A stretch of DNA of 61,867 nt, filler included, from Choristocarpus tenellus KU-1152 (GCA_964200185.2; 9 parts of 9 records of this genome joined end to end with filler, not necessarily neighbours in it), one strand, 5' to 3'. Numbered from the whole stretch's first letter, positions 12,190 through 25,610 are shown. Notes: generated by a model from the sequence alone, not told the origin. Made by a program: numbers and translations.

Positions 12190-13936
12190 AACCAGGTAGG
12201 AAATTCAATATACCTTTTTTGTATTTTTGTGTCAGTCGTCATCAAGATCTCCCCCATTGGTCAATTATTTTCTCATGCGTATGGTCACTGCGTTTCTTGT
12301 GCGTGTTCGCTCCGCACGGAAATTTCCTTGCCGTTTCTTGGCTCAGTCAAGAACCGTATTGAGTTTTAGAGCCAATTTTGATTTTGACTCAAGCTTGTGG
12401 TGTGCGTAGTTGGGAGTTTGAGACTCTTGACCTACCTGCTCACTTACCTTACCATCACTACCTGCATGCAAGTATGAGATAATCAATACATCAAGGTTTT
12501 GAAAAAGCAATGAAATATGGCATTACTAGAGGGTACGGCCTTCACTGTATCTGGTCTCTCCCAAGTTTGACAGCCTTGCCGAAGATGGGAGGCATTTTAG
12601 GATCATCATCGACCACAAGACGCCATTGTATCTACGTGAAGCGATCTATGTGAAGTATCAATAGACTGGCCCATCAATTCACAGGCATGCACACACATTT
12701 TGTTTTTCTAGGTGGTGATAAAATAGTAAATATTAAATCTTTGAAGGAATTCGAGTATGTCAGAATATTAGCATCAATAGTATATATTATGAATTGTGCA
12801 ATCCACCCCTGAGGACTGCACTAGCTCATTTGATAGCTCAATCGCAAGCTGCCCACTGATTTGCTTCTCCCATCTCCCAAAAGAATGACAATGACAATGA
12901 ATGACAAGCAACACCCATCAAACCACACAGTAGGAGATTTACAGCGTGGTTTCCAATTTCATGACCAGCCCACTCCAACCAAGAAAATATATTCTTCTTG
13001 GAGAGTTCTAACTGGATCCATGGGAGGGAGTTGACGGGCATGACATACACATATCATTGTAAGGTCTAACCTCTTCAGCACTGGTGTTGCTAGCGTTTGT
13101 CGATCAAAATCATACTACAGATGTACTCCTCTCTGTTTCCCTTTTTTTTCTTTTTTATTCTCCATTATGGTGTTAGGGTTTAGTGTTTTGAACTACAGTT
13201 ATTGTTTCTTAGGGTTAGGGTTAGTAGAACCGATTGAATGATACACCTATAACTGGTGTCCCTTGCTCTCCCTGCAGCACAGGGGTTCTTTTTGGGCATC
13301 TGTCCATTTTGGTTTCATCAGTTCCACCATATCTTGCATTAGACTGCCGTTTCAAAAACGGAGATGAAATAAACAGGCTTAGGAGGACAGGATTGATGAA
13401 ACAACGTACAACATGGATAGAGTACAGAAGCAAACTCCACAGGACAACAATAGCAAAACCTGAGACTCCAGGATACAAGCCATGTTAAAAAAAACACACA
13501 CACACGCACACACACACATTACTTCTCATTAAAATCTTACTGTTGCACTAGATCTACCTATCATATTCTTTGCACTCTTTTAAGTATCCACATCTGCACC
13601 TCTTGTGCCACAAAAAAAAAATCCTATTCAGCCAAGCCAAAAAATCAATTCAATTTGATCAAATCATAATTAACACACCCTCAAGAGAGCAACAACCATA
13701 ACAGTACACATCAACAACAAACTCATCTACAGGTACACACAACCGATAAGACCTCCTGTTCCAAACACATGCCCTTCCCTCCCCTCCCAACAATACGTGG
13801 CCAGCACTGCAAATCTCCTGTTCAACAAGGGGAAGAACGTAACCAACCAGGGGTGCCAGTCAGACCAACAAGAGAGACAAGACAGTATCGCAGAACAAAC
13901 CACACAAAATACACAACTCTGACCCTATTGCAGCAT

Positions 13937-16249
13937 TCAATGACTCTTGTAGAATGCAACAGGTGCATCATCATCAATATAATTGCAGCAGGTGTATGAC
14001 CTCCACAGCGCCTTGTGGATAGGAGTGCGGTCCGTGAGATGGTACTCACCCAGGAACTTCCTGATGTGTTCCGTGGCCTCCTGCGCATGATAGAACGGCA
14101 TCTTGCTGAACAAGTGGTGGCACACATGGGTGTCCCCAATGTGGTGGATTACATGGTCCACCACTGGTCCAAATGACCGGTCCACCGTGCAAAGCGCGCC
14201 CCTGAACCAGTCCCACTCCTCTCCCCTAAAGTGAGGCATGAACACATCCGTGTGCTGCAAGAAGGTGATGAGAACCAGGTAGAGATTGGTCACCATGTAC
14301 GGGATCAAGTAGAAGCATGCAACAGTGCGGAAGCCCAAGGTGGAGATGGCGTAGCCAAGCCCTGCCAGGCCGGCAAAGAACCCTATGTCTGAGATCACAA
14401 TGTCCATCCGGTCACGATCCTCGAACATCTTGAAAGTTAATCGGAGATGGCACAGTTTTGGTTAAGGGGGCTGAGGAATGCGTATCGTGACGGGTGAACT
14501 CAGGAAAAATCTATTTGATGGGGCTCTGGATGCTTGCGCTTTTACATGTGAAAAAAAATAGGCATTTGTCGACAATGCACCCAGGTTGGGAAAAGGAACT
14601 CAGTAGTAATCGAGGATTGAAAAAGAGTATCAACTAGAGCTCTAGCAGAGGACAACACCACTCGTAGGAACATGCACCAACAAATGTCGTTTCTCCAGTT
14701 TCATAAACAAGCAATAACTGGAGATGGGTGTTACATGTTCTTAAGTTTCTTCAAAATTCACCATCATCTCCCAAATATGTACAGTAGCAAAGTAAAGAAT
14801 GAGGAGATGTACAACCTCCTCTGATATTTCTCATGAAACATACCGCAGACATACAATATCTATCTCGATTGGAAAAAATGTGTTCGAAGCCATACCGCCC
14901 CCCCATCCCCCACCCTCTCTTGGTAATGTAAATTACAATTTTCACCAAATGTATCTTGAACACTGATCAATAGTATACGTTGTGTCAAGATCGAATGTAA
15001 TATCTCGATCAAGCAATCAGGGGATGTAGTAATGCCCAGTCTATCCCCCACCTTAGCCCATGGGTTGAAGTGACTACGCGGATGGCCTTCGTACTTCTTC
15101 GGTCCGGTAGAGTTGAATATCAGGTAGCCAGGCATCCAACCCACAGTGAGCATCATCACGATGGAAAGCGCCTGGATCAACGGCATTTCGTTTGCCATTT
15201 CCTCGACCACGCTGTCGGCATGCTCCTTGCTTGCTTTGGACTTGGATCCGAACACATCGGACCGTGTAAGGGGGCAGAACACCTCATCGTGCTCACAGGA
15301 ACCAGTATTATTGTGGTGCTTCGCGTGAGTAATTCGCCAGGAATGGTAGGGTACCAGCAGGGCCGAGTGGCAGATGAGCCCCACGAGATTATTGATGGTC
15401 TCTGATGGTGAGAAGGCCTGGTGACCGCACTCATGTGCCAACACCCACACCCCCGTAAGCTGTGTCCCTTGGCAATACCAGTACAGGGGCCACAACAGGT
15501 AAGAGGACCATTTAGGAAGGGCATCTCCACCAATGAAGGTCGCCAGGTACCCAAGAGCAGCTACAAGGACGAGGTCTGTGACCAAGTGCGTCATCGACTT
15601 GAATAAGTTCCTCTGGAAGCAATGGCGGGGGATGGCCTTCTGCAAATCTGAAAATTTGAATGGTGGACGAGCCAATGGCAAAGGCTTCGGGGCTGGAAAC
15701 CTGTGTGAGATGCCCTGATAGTCAGCGATACCGAAGCGAGGAGATGGGTAATAGTATTAGCTGATGATGAAATACTTATATTAATGTTATCCGGGAAACT
15801 AACATTACGAAAGACCATACATTGCTCGCACAAGTTTTCTATCAGCACTTTAACCCACTGCCAAAACACATCCTCTTTATGCACACACCCTACTGGACAC
15901 CTAGCCCTCTTCCTAGTTTGAAAGGTCGGCGTTGAGATAAATGGTGGACATGTAACCTCACTTGTAGCAAAATTATGGGCACAAAATCGGGCCGCTCTAG
16001 GTACACCACTTACATATAAAGTGGTACATGCGTGAACACAAACAATGGTGTTTTTAGGGAACGCACCTTGGAGTATGGCCTCAGCTTCTCCAGGAGGTCT
16101 TCCCGAGTATCTGCCGTCTTTACACCATACTGCTCAGCGTACTTGCGCAGTTCCTCTACTGGCTTGTCAGCCAGAGGCACGGATGCGAATACTTTCCGCG
16201 TATCGATGACGGGAGGAACATAAGACCCAGCCTCACCGCCACGGCCCAT
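13937..16249 (-). CDS. FAD2: Delta-12 (omega-6) fatty acid desaturase, FAD2 type, 445 aa
   Basis: Exons 16249-16067, 15714-15052 and 14428-13937 are all phase 0 with GT-AG sites. Starts MGRGG; has PPF..L..AIP.HCF, the three His boxes HECGH, HAKHH and HVCHH, and ITFLQHT, RGALCTVDRSFG, MPFYHAQEAT. Confidence 0.95.
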
Positions 16250-16497
16250 ATTGTTCTCCCTTCTATATGAAGTGAGGTAGCGTTAATGCAAACCCGCAGG
16301 GAGTGCTGCTTTCCGCTGTGGAGTTGGCTTCTGACAATGAACACAACGTGAGTTTTCCTAACAAGTAATAACAATGATCACACAGTATGTGCTGGACTAA
16401 ATTGAAAGGCGATCCTGAGTGTGTTGGGTTACAAAAAAGTTTGTTGTTGGGTAGTGAGGTCTCGTGGATAGTACAAATCATTTTATAGAAAAATGCC

Positions 16498-16538
16498 ACG
16501 TCATAGATATCCTATGACGTATAGATATCGGGACGTCA
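16498..16538. promoter_or_regulatory. Three TGACGT (bZIP/aureochrome-type) boxes ~250-290 bp upstream of the desaturase ATG
   Basis: ACGTCA 16498-16503, TGACGT 16515-16520, ACGTCA 16533-16538. The first two form the palindrome ACGTCATAG-atatc-CTATGACGT. Confidence 0.4.
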
Positions 16539-16624
16539 TCAGTAACCTTGCTGAAACTAGAGGAAGAAGAAAACGGATATCCTTTTCGGATTAAAAAATA
16601 AAAACATTTTCACCTGATCCACGT

Positions 16625-16695
16625 ACGTAAAGTAATTATCCTATCACACTCTGTCATGAGAGTGTCCTGGTTCGAACCCCGGCTGCAGAGGTCAG
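16625..16695 (+). pseudogene. tRNA-derived relic (tRNA-Asp-like or SINE head)
   Basis: B-box GGTTCGAACCC at 16669-16679, preceded by a CTC-TGTCAT-GAG anticodon-like loop (GTC); no intact acceptor stem or D-arm. Confidence 0.3.
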
Positions 16696-18301
16696 ATATT
16701 CTTCCCAGGATAATTTGACTTCAATGGATCGTGTAAGACAAGAACATCGAGAAGGTACACCTGGTTCTTTCTATCTTGCACTAAATAAGCTACAAAAAGG
16801 AACTCGTGGAGAGGCTTGGATCGTTGCGGCGAAGATTCAATACGGATGTGAGGAGTACCTACGAAATTTGAGGGAGAAGGAGGACTATCCTCTCACACGA
16901 TGAATCAGAGTGGGTGGTGGTCATCAACTGGATCCTCGTGAAGAACTGGTGAAAACAAGTGGAACAACTGAACCCAAAACAGGAGGGAAACTCATGTCAA
17001 GGATGAGACAGTGCCATTAGTTGTAGTGGTAGTGTAAGAGGTAGCTCATGAGGACAGAAGAAATCAAGGCTGGTCACAGTAACAACTATGGTGGTAATGA
17101 GTGCACATCAGGTTTAAGGGAGGAGACAGAGCAACGAGAAGGAGTAGGATGTCTGAATCCAAAGCACGAGAAAACGTCAAGGCACGCACAGTGCAGTGCG
17201 ATTAGGTGTGTTGCAAACTATTGTTCGTAGGGTAAATGATATAGTGCAATGTCCACTGACATCCGACCAAGGGTCGATAGGCTAGGTAAGGTGGAGGTAC
17301 TGGAGAAGTTTCAGACTAACAGTGAGCAAATAATTATAGTATTAATATTAAAATACTACTATGTCGTGCTACAATGATATAATATGTATGCACAGTACAG
17401 TATAATCCATATAATTTATTTATTTATTTTTCCAATGATGTCCAAAAATGTGTATATTCACATTCATTTTTCCATATTTTTAGTTATAGTTAATCACACC
17501 ACGCCCTGCACCATCACACTCCACCATCACACAATCATACTGTACCGTCATGACTGCATGGTACAGCTAGACAGTTAGCAGGCATGGGTAGATACGAGCC
17601 TTTCTTGTTCCTTTTTGGGAATGTGTGGTGGAGGTAGAAAGCAATGTCTCAAGGACTCAGGAAAAAGGATCAGTGAAGAGGATGAAGATGTTGCTTCTTC
17701 ATCAGAGGGTGTCTCTTCAAATGCTCCTGGTGACATTGAGAGGGCAGAGTCTTCTGAGACTGGCAGCACAGTAGTCGGGTCACAGATGCCTACTTTGACT
17801 TCTCCAAAACTTGGTTTGAGGGGCAGCATTGCAATCATGACAGTTATCGAAGCCATGAAGTTGAGGAAGTCTGCCAGGAGACCAGTGGTGTGAAAGTATT
17901 ACTCCAAACGTTCATCCCCTGCAAGAGAATCACAAAGAACACTAGGTTCTTGGTCTTGATCGTCAAAAAAAGGGAAATGAACGAAATGCGGCCATATCCT
18001 CACTCGCAACTTCAAGGATGACACATCCAGGCTCATCACCTGAATCAACCAGCTTCACAATCAGGAACACACCAGGAAGTGATAGAGTCTAGCATTCCGT
18101 CGATAGAGACCAAGGGCGAACAGGGCACCACTGAATAGTGAGAGGCGGCATAGTGAGAGTAGTCGCTGCGGCAAGTAGGCCACGCTCATTCGTGTGACAA
18201 ATCGCTTTTGCTGGATAGATGTTGATGTCAACATCAAGTGGGAGACAGCCAGCATATCATGAGAGCGGAGAGTGTGTAGGATGGTAATATGTGGTAGAAA
18301 C

Positions 18302-18481
18302 GGCTCAAAGTATCTGGGGGGGGGGTGGCGGCTGTCCACATAGGATCAATTTTTTCATGTCACGATTTTTGTGTGATTTGGTTACATACGTCGGATGGAT
18401 ATTGTGAGTGCATTCTTCCTGGTTATGGCCCAAATGCACACCCTGGTGTAGACCCCCCCCTTCCCCCAGGCAATTTGGGTC
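18302..18481 (+). mobile_element. MITE family A copy
   Basis: GGCTCAAAGTATCTGGGGG...CCCCAGGCAATTTGGGTC; flanked by AAC/AAC. Confidence 0.85.
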
Positions 18482-19180
18482 AACCTGAACCACAACGGAA
18501 AACAANNNNNNNNNNNNNNNNNNNNNNNNNNNNNNNNNNNNNNNNNNNNTTAATTAATTAANNNNNNNNNNNNNNNNNNNNNNNNNNNNNNNNNNNNNNN
18601 NNNNNGGGGGGGGGGGGGGGGGGGGGGGGGGGGTGTTTAGCCCAGGTTGTCCCTTCGGGGCTTGATGGGGTGTTGTAAGATATCCTGTTTTAATTCCCAT
18701 TTTACCGGCGATTTTCCTTCGGATTTAGTTCTGACAGGGGAATGGAAAGGGAAGGTGTGTTCAGATGAAGGAAATTGCTCTTACATCTCGAACATTCCCT
18801 CAGATGACACGAAAATCACAACAGGTTCACACAGGCCCCGAGTGGACACCTGACTCCCCCTCTATGATACAAATGGAGCTTAAGACTTGATTAATACATC
18901 CAATACTTCGTCTCTCCTTTGTTGTTGAGCACCAAATATATGTACAGTGTAGTTAGTATGTACACAGCACTCTAAGTCACAGTGCTGCCACATGAAGCTG
19001 ACCACCTGAATACAATTTTAATGAAGTACTTGGACACAGCACGGCATAGTCTCCTCTTCTAGTACATGATAACCCCAAACCAAAATGATTATGGAATGTG
19101 CAACCTACTTAGGCTAATTTCCTAGTCATCTATCTGATCAGCCTCCTGCAATTTTTCTTTTTCTCTTCAAATCTGATCAG

Positions 19181-22100
19181 GTTCTTTCTGACGAAATTAA
19201 AGAGAAACAGGCTGTTGCAGAAAAAACAGAAAAAGACATCGATGAGGTGGGCAAGGTCAAGAGCATTGTCAGACTCCATTCGCGCAATGTTACTTCTAAC
19301 GTTTTCAACTTTTAGTCTTACATCCCATCCCATTCAATTCTCCCGTATCCCTCTCCCAGCTGCACAATGCCTCAGCAATCAGATGAATCCAAGGTCAGTT
19401 GACTTGTAAAATTTTGACGATGACCAACTTTTGACAATGAATTATTGGTTTCACCAATTGAGCCAACAGGTTTAGAATAGGAGTCAGAGTGTGTTCGAGT
19501 TTCTTTGAATGCGCTGATGTTGAAAATATATATTTTTTCTAACAACCTTCAATTCGCTCAGAAAAAAGGTCATGTGAACAAAATAGGATGTTGCAATCTC
19601 TGAGCCAATTTCCCTGGTCCTTTTCCCTTACATCCTTGACACGCTTGCTCCCATCAATTCTCAAGGTGCGGCGAGGATACACACCAATTGCCTACTCGAT
19701 CCAAATCCTCTTTTTCTGCATCTCCGACCTTGCCAACCTTGAGCCAGTATACCAATACAGCTTGACATGGTTCATCAATCTCTTCGGGTCAAGCATCCAA
19801 CGGAGTGAGAAAAGCAGAGACATTCCCACCAGGCTTGAAAAGTTGGACAGTCACTTCACCTTCTCCCTCTATCAGGTTCGACTCATTGGATTGAACAGAA
19901 GAGCTCTTGTTGCACTCTTTAGAGGAGTGTAATATGAAATGTAGGAAATGTAGGTCTACATATATAACACCGGAATAAAATTCTCTGTAGTAACTATTCA
20001 TGATCGCCAAATAGAGGAGTGCGTATTCTTGGTGCCACCAGTGTAAAGTAGAGTATGAGAAAAACAAGACTGATATCTGGCCCTGGTAAAGTATCTTTAC
20101 ATTGAAAAGCATTGTCACCGTCAACTACACTACTCCTCAATTGTCAAATGTTTATTCCCAGAATGTATGTCGGAGTCTGCTTGAGAAGGACAAACTCTTA
20201 TTCTCCTTCCTTCTTTGCACCCGGATCATGGGCGGCAAGGGCAAAGTGGATCAGGTATGAAGCAACATGCTCAAAAACGAGAGAGATTCTAGCCACTGAT
20301 ACAGAGAAAAGATTGCCCGGAAGCAAGAGCAGAGAGATTGATTGCAATACTATTTAGAGCTGACACATCACTTAAGCAGTAGCACACGATATATCTGCAA
20401 CACTCTTGTTTTTTCTCCTCCTCATCCTGTTGCTTTATGATTGATACATTATACCCACTTTACCTGCGCTGGTTTAACATGGCGTGGGTCATTACAGCAT
20501 CTCACTTGTGTCTGCCAAGCTCATCAATTGCGATGGAGCCTTGGGTGTTCGTAATAGTATGCTTCATCTGCATGATGGACAACGTAGAAAAAAAACTCTC
20601 CAACTTGGTAGCATGCCCCTTCGTTGCGGTTCAGGGTGAAAGTATCTCAGAGGGTAGAGCCGCGTCCATTTGGGGGACAAAATCCAATGTTGCAATTTTG
20701 ATGTTATTTTGACTATCATGTTCTTAGGAGATGTCAATATCCTTGTTCTGGACACTCCTTCTCACAAATGTATACATTTTACCTACTCCGAAACATTTTT
20801 GAGTAAGTAAAATGTCATTAAAACCCGTGTGAAGTCAAGCCCCAAATGGACAAACAGGGCGAAAATCGTACCCTCTAAGATACTTTCACTTTTCACTGTT
20901 GCACAGGGTTTGTTGCACAAAACTCCTCCCCAATCTAAACTGAACCTACAGTCTAGCTCTGAATCCCTACTACTCTTCTGTTCAATATCACATCTGGTTT
21001 CCAAAGACGGAGTGGCTTTTCTTCCTCACGGGGGGAACTGGGTTGGACAACCCCTACCCAAACCCTTGCCCTGACTGGCTTGAGGGCAAGTATTGGGATG
21101 CATTCTGCAGGCTATCAGAACTGCCGGCTTTCGATGTAAGACGTTTTTTTGTCTTGCCCTGTCTACCTTCATCTCATCTGGATTTGCAAAAAGTCACTAT
21201 ATGCATGTGCTGTCAAACGGCGAATTAAAAATATATATTTTTGATACCTCTCTGCAGGGTCTACAAGACGAATTTGAGTCGCAACAGGACAGTTGGAAAA
21301 CGGTTTACGACTCATATACACCTGAGAAAGAGCCCTTACCAGGAACGTGGAATGAAGAGCTCAAGGGCATCCGTCTCTTGTGTGTCATACGGTCAGTGCT
21401 TTGGAATTGTCGATAACCACATTAGTCTCTTGCTACCCTTCTGTTGATTGATAACTCTGGATATATTGTTCATACAAATCTCCTAATAAAATTCACAAAT
21501 GCACTAGCCCTTGGAGTGCATAATATGCCAAAGGAAATTATTAAGGCTTTGGAAACATACACACTCTGGATTACTCAAGTACTATCCTATGAAGTATGTG
21601 GTGGAACAAGCATTGACCTGTTCGTGGAGATCGAAGCTGAGATTGTTCCCATCTGATTTTGAAGTCGATATACTTCCATCCGAAATTATCACTCTGCTGC
21701 TGCGTATTTCGCGTTGAGTGCTTCACATGTCCCTAGGTGATACTCCTTATATGGAGTTCATACTTTGTACTGCGCTCCACACATGTTCCTCTGCTGGCGT
21801 TTGGTCCATTTGCTTTGCCAAGCTTTTCACCAAATGGCAGAAGAATTGTGCGTTCAGAAGATCTTCTGCCACTCCTTCGTCTCTCCTCCCTCACTCCCTC
21901 ATCTCTCCTCTCCCACTCCCTCGTCTCTCCTATCCCAAACAAGCATTGATAATGACATTTTGGTTGTTTATGCCTTAGTAGCAAGCCATGCACGCTTCAA
22001 GTGGGCTATGGAGCAACAAATTCAGGCTTTCCTACAGCAATTATGCGTTGGGCGCATGTCTAGTCTTATCTCAAACCTATGCAATGTTGCATCCTCACCC

Positions 22101-24309
22101 CAGCCACAAATCTTCCTTGATAATCTAGTTATGTGTTTCCGCTCCAATCAAAGGTGTATAAGACCAGACAAGGTCGCAATCGCTGTCCAGGACTTTGTCG
22201 TGAAAGAAATGGGTGAAACATTTGTGAAGCCTCCAGTTTTCGACCTTGGTGCATGCTTTGATGACTCGTCCAGCACCACTCCCTTGGTCTTCATCCTCAG
22301 CCCCGGCTCCGATCCAATGGGCGCGGTGCTCAAGAGTGCTGACAGCATGGGTATCAAGGCATGTACTAGATGACAATCACTGTGCTTCAATTGGTTCAGG
22401 AAATACGTTTGCCAGGGTGTTATACTCACACTCACTTTCACCAGTGCCTTAGAATCTCCTTGACAAATGATAATCCAGAGACCCTCAAGTTTCAGAGCAC
22501 ACGATCCTTGAGGTTGAGAAAATGATCTTGTCAACCATACTCTCGCCTTGCACTCTCTGTGGAGTTAGAGTCCGTTTTGCCAACACACTTCTTCAGATGC
22601 AAAACAAGGAAGAGTATATCATCACAATATTGCCATCCCAGTCCCAGGTCATAAGTACCTTGCCTCATTGCCACATACACAGGTTACCTATATCTCCCTA
22701 GGACAGGGTCAGGGACCAGTAGCTGAGCGCATGATTGCAAAGGCCGAGGTGGAGGGGTCTTGGGTTGTTCTCCAAAACTGCCACCTTTGCCCATCATGGA
22801 TGACGTCCCTGGAGAAATTGACAGAATCGCTGTATGTGGATGCTGTTCATGATTCCTTCCGACTCTGGTGTACCACATACCCATCAGATGTCTTCCCAGT
22901 CTCTGTCCTGCAGAATGGAGTCAAGATGACAATTGAGGCTCCAAAGGGGATCCGTGCAAATCTCAAATCATCTTTCACTTCAGATCCCATCTCCGATGAC
23001 TCTTTTTACTACACTTGTAGTAAGGGTAAGTCACTCCCAAGGGGACACAATCTTGGGTACACTCCCCTCTTCTCATGCACTTACACATATCTGGACATCT
23101 TGATCAACTTCTTGATAGGAAGATGTTTTCCGTTGAAGGGGTCCTCAACTTCTACGGTTGCAAAAACTACTACTATGTACTTGTAGCATGATGTTACACC
23201 CTTGAGCTGTATGCAAGTTTCGCACACAAAATGTGTGCACCACTCAGGTAGCATCCTTGCAGGGCCCTCAGACAACTGCACGATGATTTTCTTGCACTTA
23301 GATCCCGGAAAAAAAATTGAAGTAGAAAGTCACACTCACACTAAATGTAGAGGGCCATAAATAACAAAACGCATGAGAATGGGATGACCTTTCAGTGAGC
23401 TGTAGAGAATTATATGCTTATTCATCAAGCCTTGAGCTGGACCTATTCTTCACACACTGCATTTTATTGTATATATTGTGGTGTATTTTGTGACTTAGAC
23501 TTCCAAGTCTTGTCATTGCCCCATCATTCCTCAAATGTATCTTCATGAACCTTACAAAGGCATATCGTTTGTGCAAAATTGCCTGTCTAGGCCCGGAGTT
23601 CCGAAAACTACTGTTCGGGCTTTGCTTCTTCCATGCTCTGGTGCAGGAGAGGCGGTCCTATGGTCCCATTGGATGGAACATACCCTATGAGTTCAACGAG
23701 TCTGATCTGAGGATCAGCGTTCAACAGCTTGCTATGTTTCTCGATGAGAATGACAAGTCAGTGTACCTAACATGGAGCGAGCATTTAATAGATGAATTCC
23801 ATACATATAGATCTGCAAAAGGTTCATGAGACTGCCCTGATGCTGGTGTGGCGCCAAGTATGCTCTCTGTAATATCAAAACATTCCTGGCACCCTAAGGG
23901 GATCAGGACTCTTGTGTTGAAAAATTGAAAGCACTTCACTTCCAGAAATTGAAATAAATAGTTGACCAACATGTCATTACTATTGTCCCAACTATTGTAT
24001 TGTGGTACAGGTCTTCTACATGTAGCATTCCGATCCTGTCTGAATACAAGATAGAACCATTATAGCGCAATATTGCGCACACACAACATATATTCTGTTC
24101 ATGTGCATCAAAGCCCCGTCTTACAATCTGAACCCCATCGATTCTGGACCGCATTGCCTGTACCGGAACCTTGCTCAGGGTTCCATTCAAGGCTCTCAAC
24201 TACACTGCAGGAGAATGCAACTATGGTGGCCGTGTGACAGATGGGAAAGATCGAAGGACCCTCCATTGCCTCCTCGAACGCATGTACTGTATTGACCTCC
24301 TAGAAGACG
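19181..24309 (+). CDS. Axonemal dynein heavy chain, internal fragment (post-AAA5 through AAA6 and lid), probably single-headed inner-arm type
   Basis: Exons 19181-19246, 19666-19875, 20162-20254, 21007-21135, 21258-21391, 22154-22358, 22683-23025, 23591-23756 and 24179-24309 join in frame. Motifs: [85 protein letters not shown]. Confidence 0.95.
20634..20891 (+). mobile_element. MITE family B copy (~258 bp) inside a dynein intron
   Basis: TIR GGGTGAAAGTATCTCAGAGGGTA / TACCCTCTAAGATACTTTCACTT; flanked by TTCA/TTCA. Confidence 0.9.
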
Positions 24310-25174
24310 GTGAGTGCGATGTCGGTTAAAAATAGCGATGTCCTTACCATTTCGAAAAAATTCTGAAGAATATATTTGTTAGTATATTTTAGGAATTAGA
24401 AGAGAGAGCATAAGTTCAAGTTGAAGATTTAAGAAGAAAAGAAAGTCACAAGTACGATCCTGAAGGGCAGTACCCAAAGTCTCCTTTTGTGGAAAGGCTT
24501 TGGCATATCATAACACCTTAAAGTACTGAAGATGTGCTATGCCATCATATTGTCTCATGGATTCCCTCCCAGCAATACTTCAGTGGGAAACATGAGGATG
24601 TGCCTCAACTGGCTAGGTTATCCTTACGGATTTGTGATTGTACATTTCTCTTACTGTGAACCTTTCATTATCAGAAGAAGAAACTTGAAATGTGTGGTGA
24701 TAATATTCTTGTCATCCATGTTCCAAGGAAGGCAAGTTGCATAAATATGTAAGGACTGAATATTCACCTTCTAAGCTAAGCACCAGCACAACTCAGTCAT
24801 CTTACAGAAAAAGCTATATTGCGTGGGATAAGCTAGAACGTGCAAACAAACCCGACAATTACACAGAGAAAACAAGATACCTTAGCAAAAATGCAAAAGC
24901 ATTACTTGCTGTAGTGTACCAAAAACTAAAGAAGCAACCTGTATTACTACTCAATCAGGATACAATTTACGACTCAGTGCAGTTGACAAGAAGTTTTAAA
25001 GTAGCTTTCCATTGCTAGCTCTACAGTCTTGAGTTGAGAGGTCGTGTGGCACTCTAAGAGTATTTTCACACCATNNNNNNNNNNNNNNNNNNNNNNNNNN
25101 NNNNNNNNNNNNNNNNNNTTAATTAATTAANNNNNNNNNNNNNNNNNNNNNNNNNNNNNNNNNNNNNNNNNNNN

Positions 25175-25229
25175 TCGAAAAAAGGGTGAAAAACGGACGC
25201 CAATACCCCCCTCCCCCAGATACTTTGAC
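25175..25229. mobile_element. MITE family A-related terminal fragment
   Basis: CCCCCTCCCCCAGATACTTTGACC end, truncated by the linker. Confidence 0.55.
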
Positions 25230-25610
25230 CTCGACCAACGTAAACCAGAGTTACTAAGGTATTGGCTGTCTTACATTTTACGTCAGTTTTTCAATCTTTT
25301 CCAATTCACCCACATTTCTTTGGATGAAGTTCTAAGTTTGACTTGAGAGCAGTTATTTCTGGGTTGCATGAAAGATTCCTGATACAATTCAGAAAGTAGT
25401 CCATACACATTTGTCATAAAAAACGAATCTTGCAGATATTTGTCAAAATTCTTAAAAAGCAACTCTGGGTACCTCTCGCTTACCTTGACTCATTGCTCTC
25501 GCCACCACAAATTCTTCCTCCTGCACTGAATCTTATTTTCTGCAAACAGGAATGAACTGATCGTACTTTGTCCTGCAAAGAAAAATTCCCTTGTTGTGAA
25601 TTTGTGAACA

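Noticed and set aside
15070-15718. Overlapping and antisense ORFs over the desaturase, and similar shadows over dynein, HAD and RPL21
   Set aside because: Shadow frames of real exons with no independent motifs.
16715-18300. Possible gag/pol remnants or a gene upstream of FAD2
   Set aside because: Coding-like composition but no recognisable motif series or consistent splicing.
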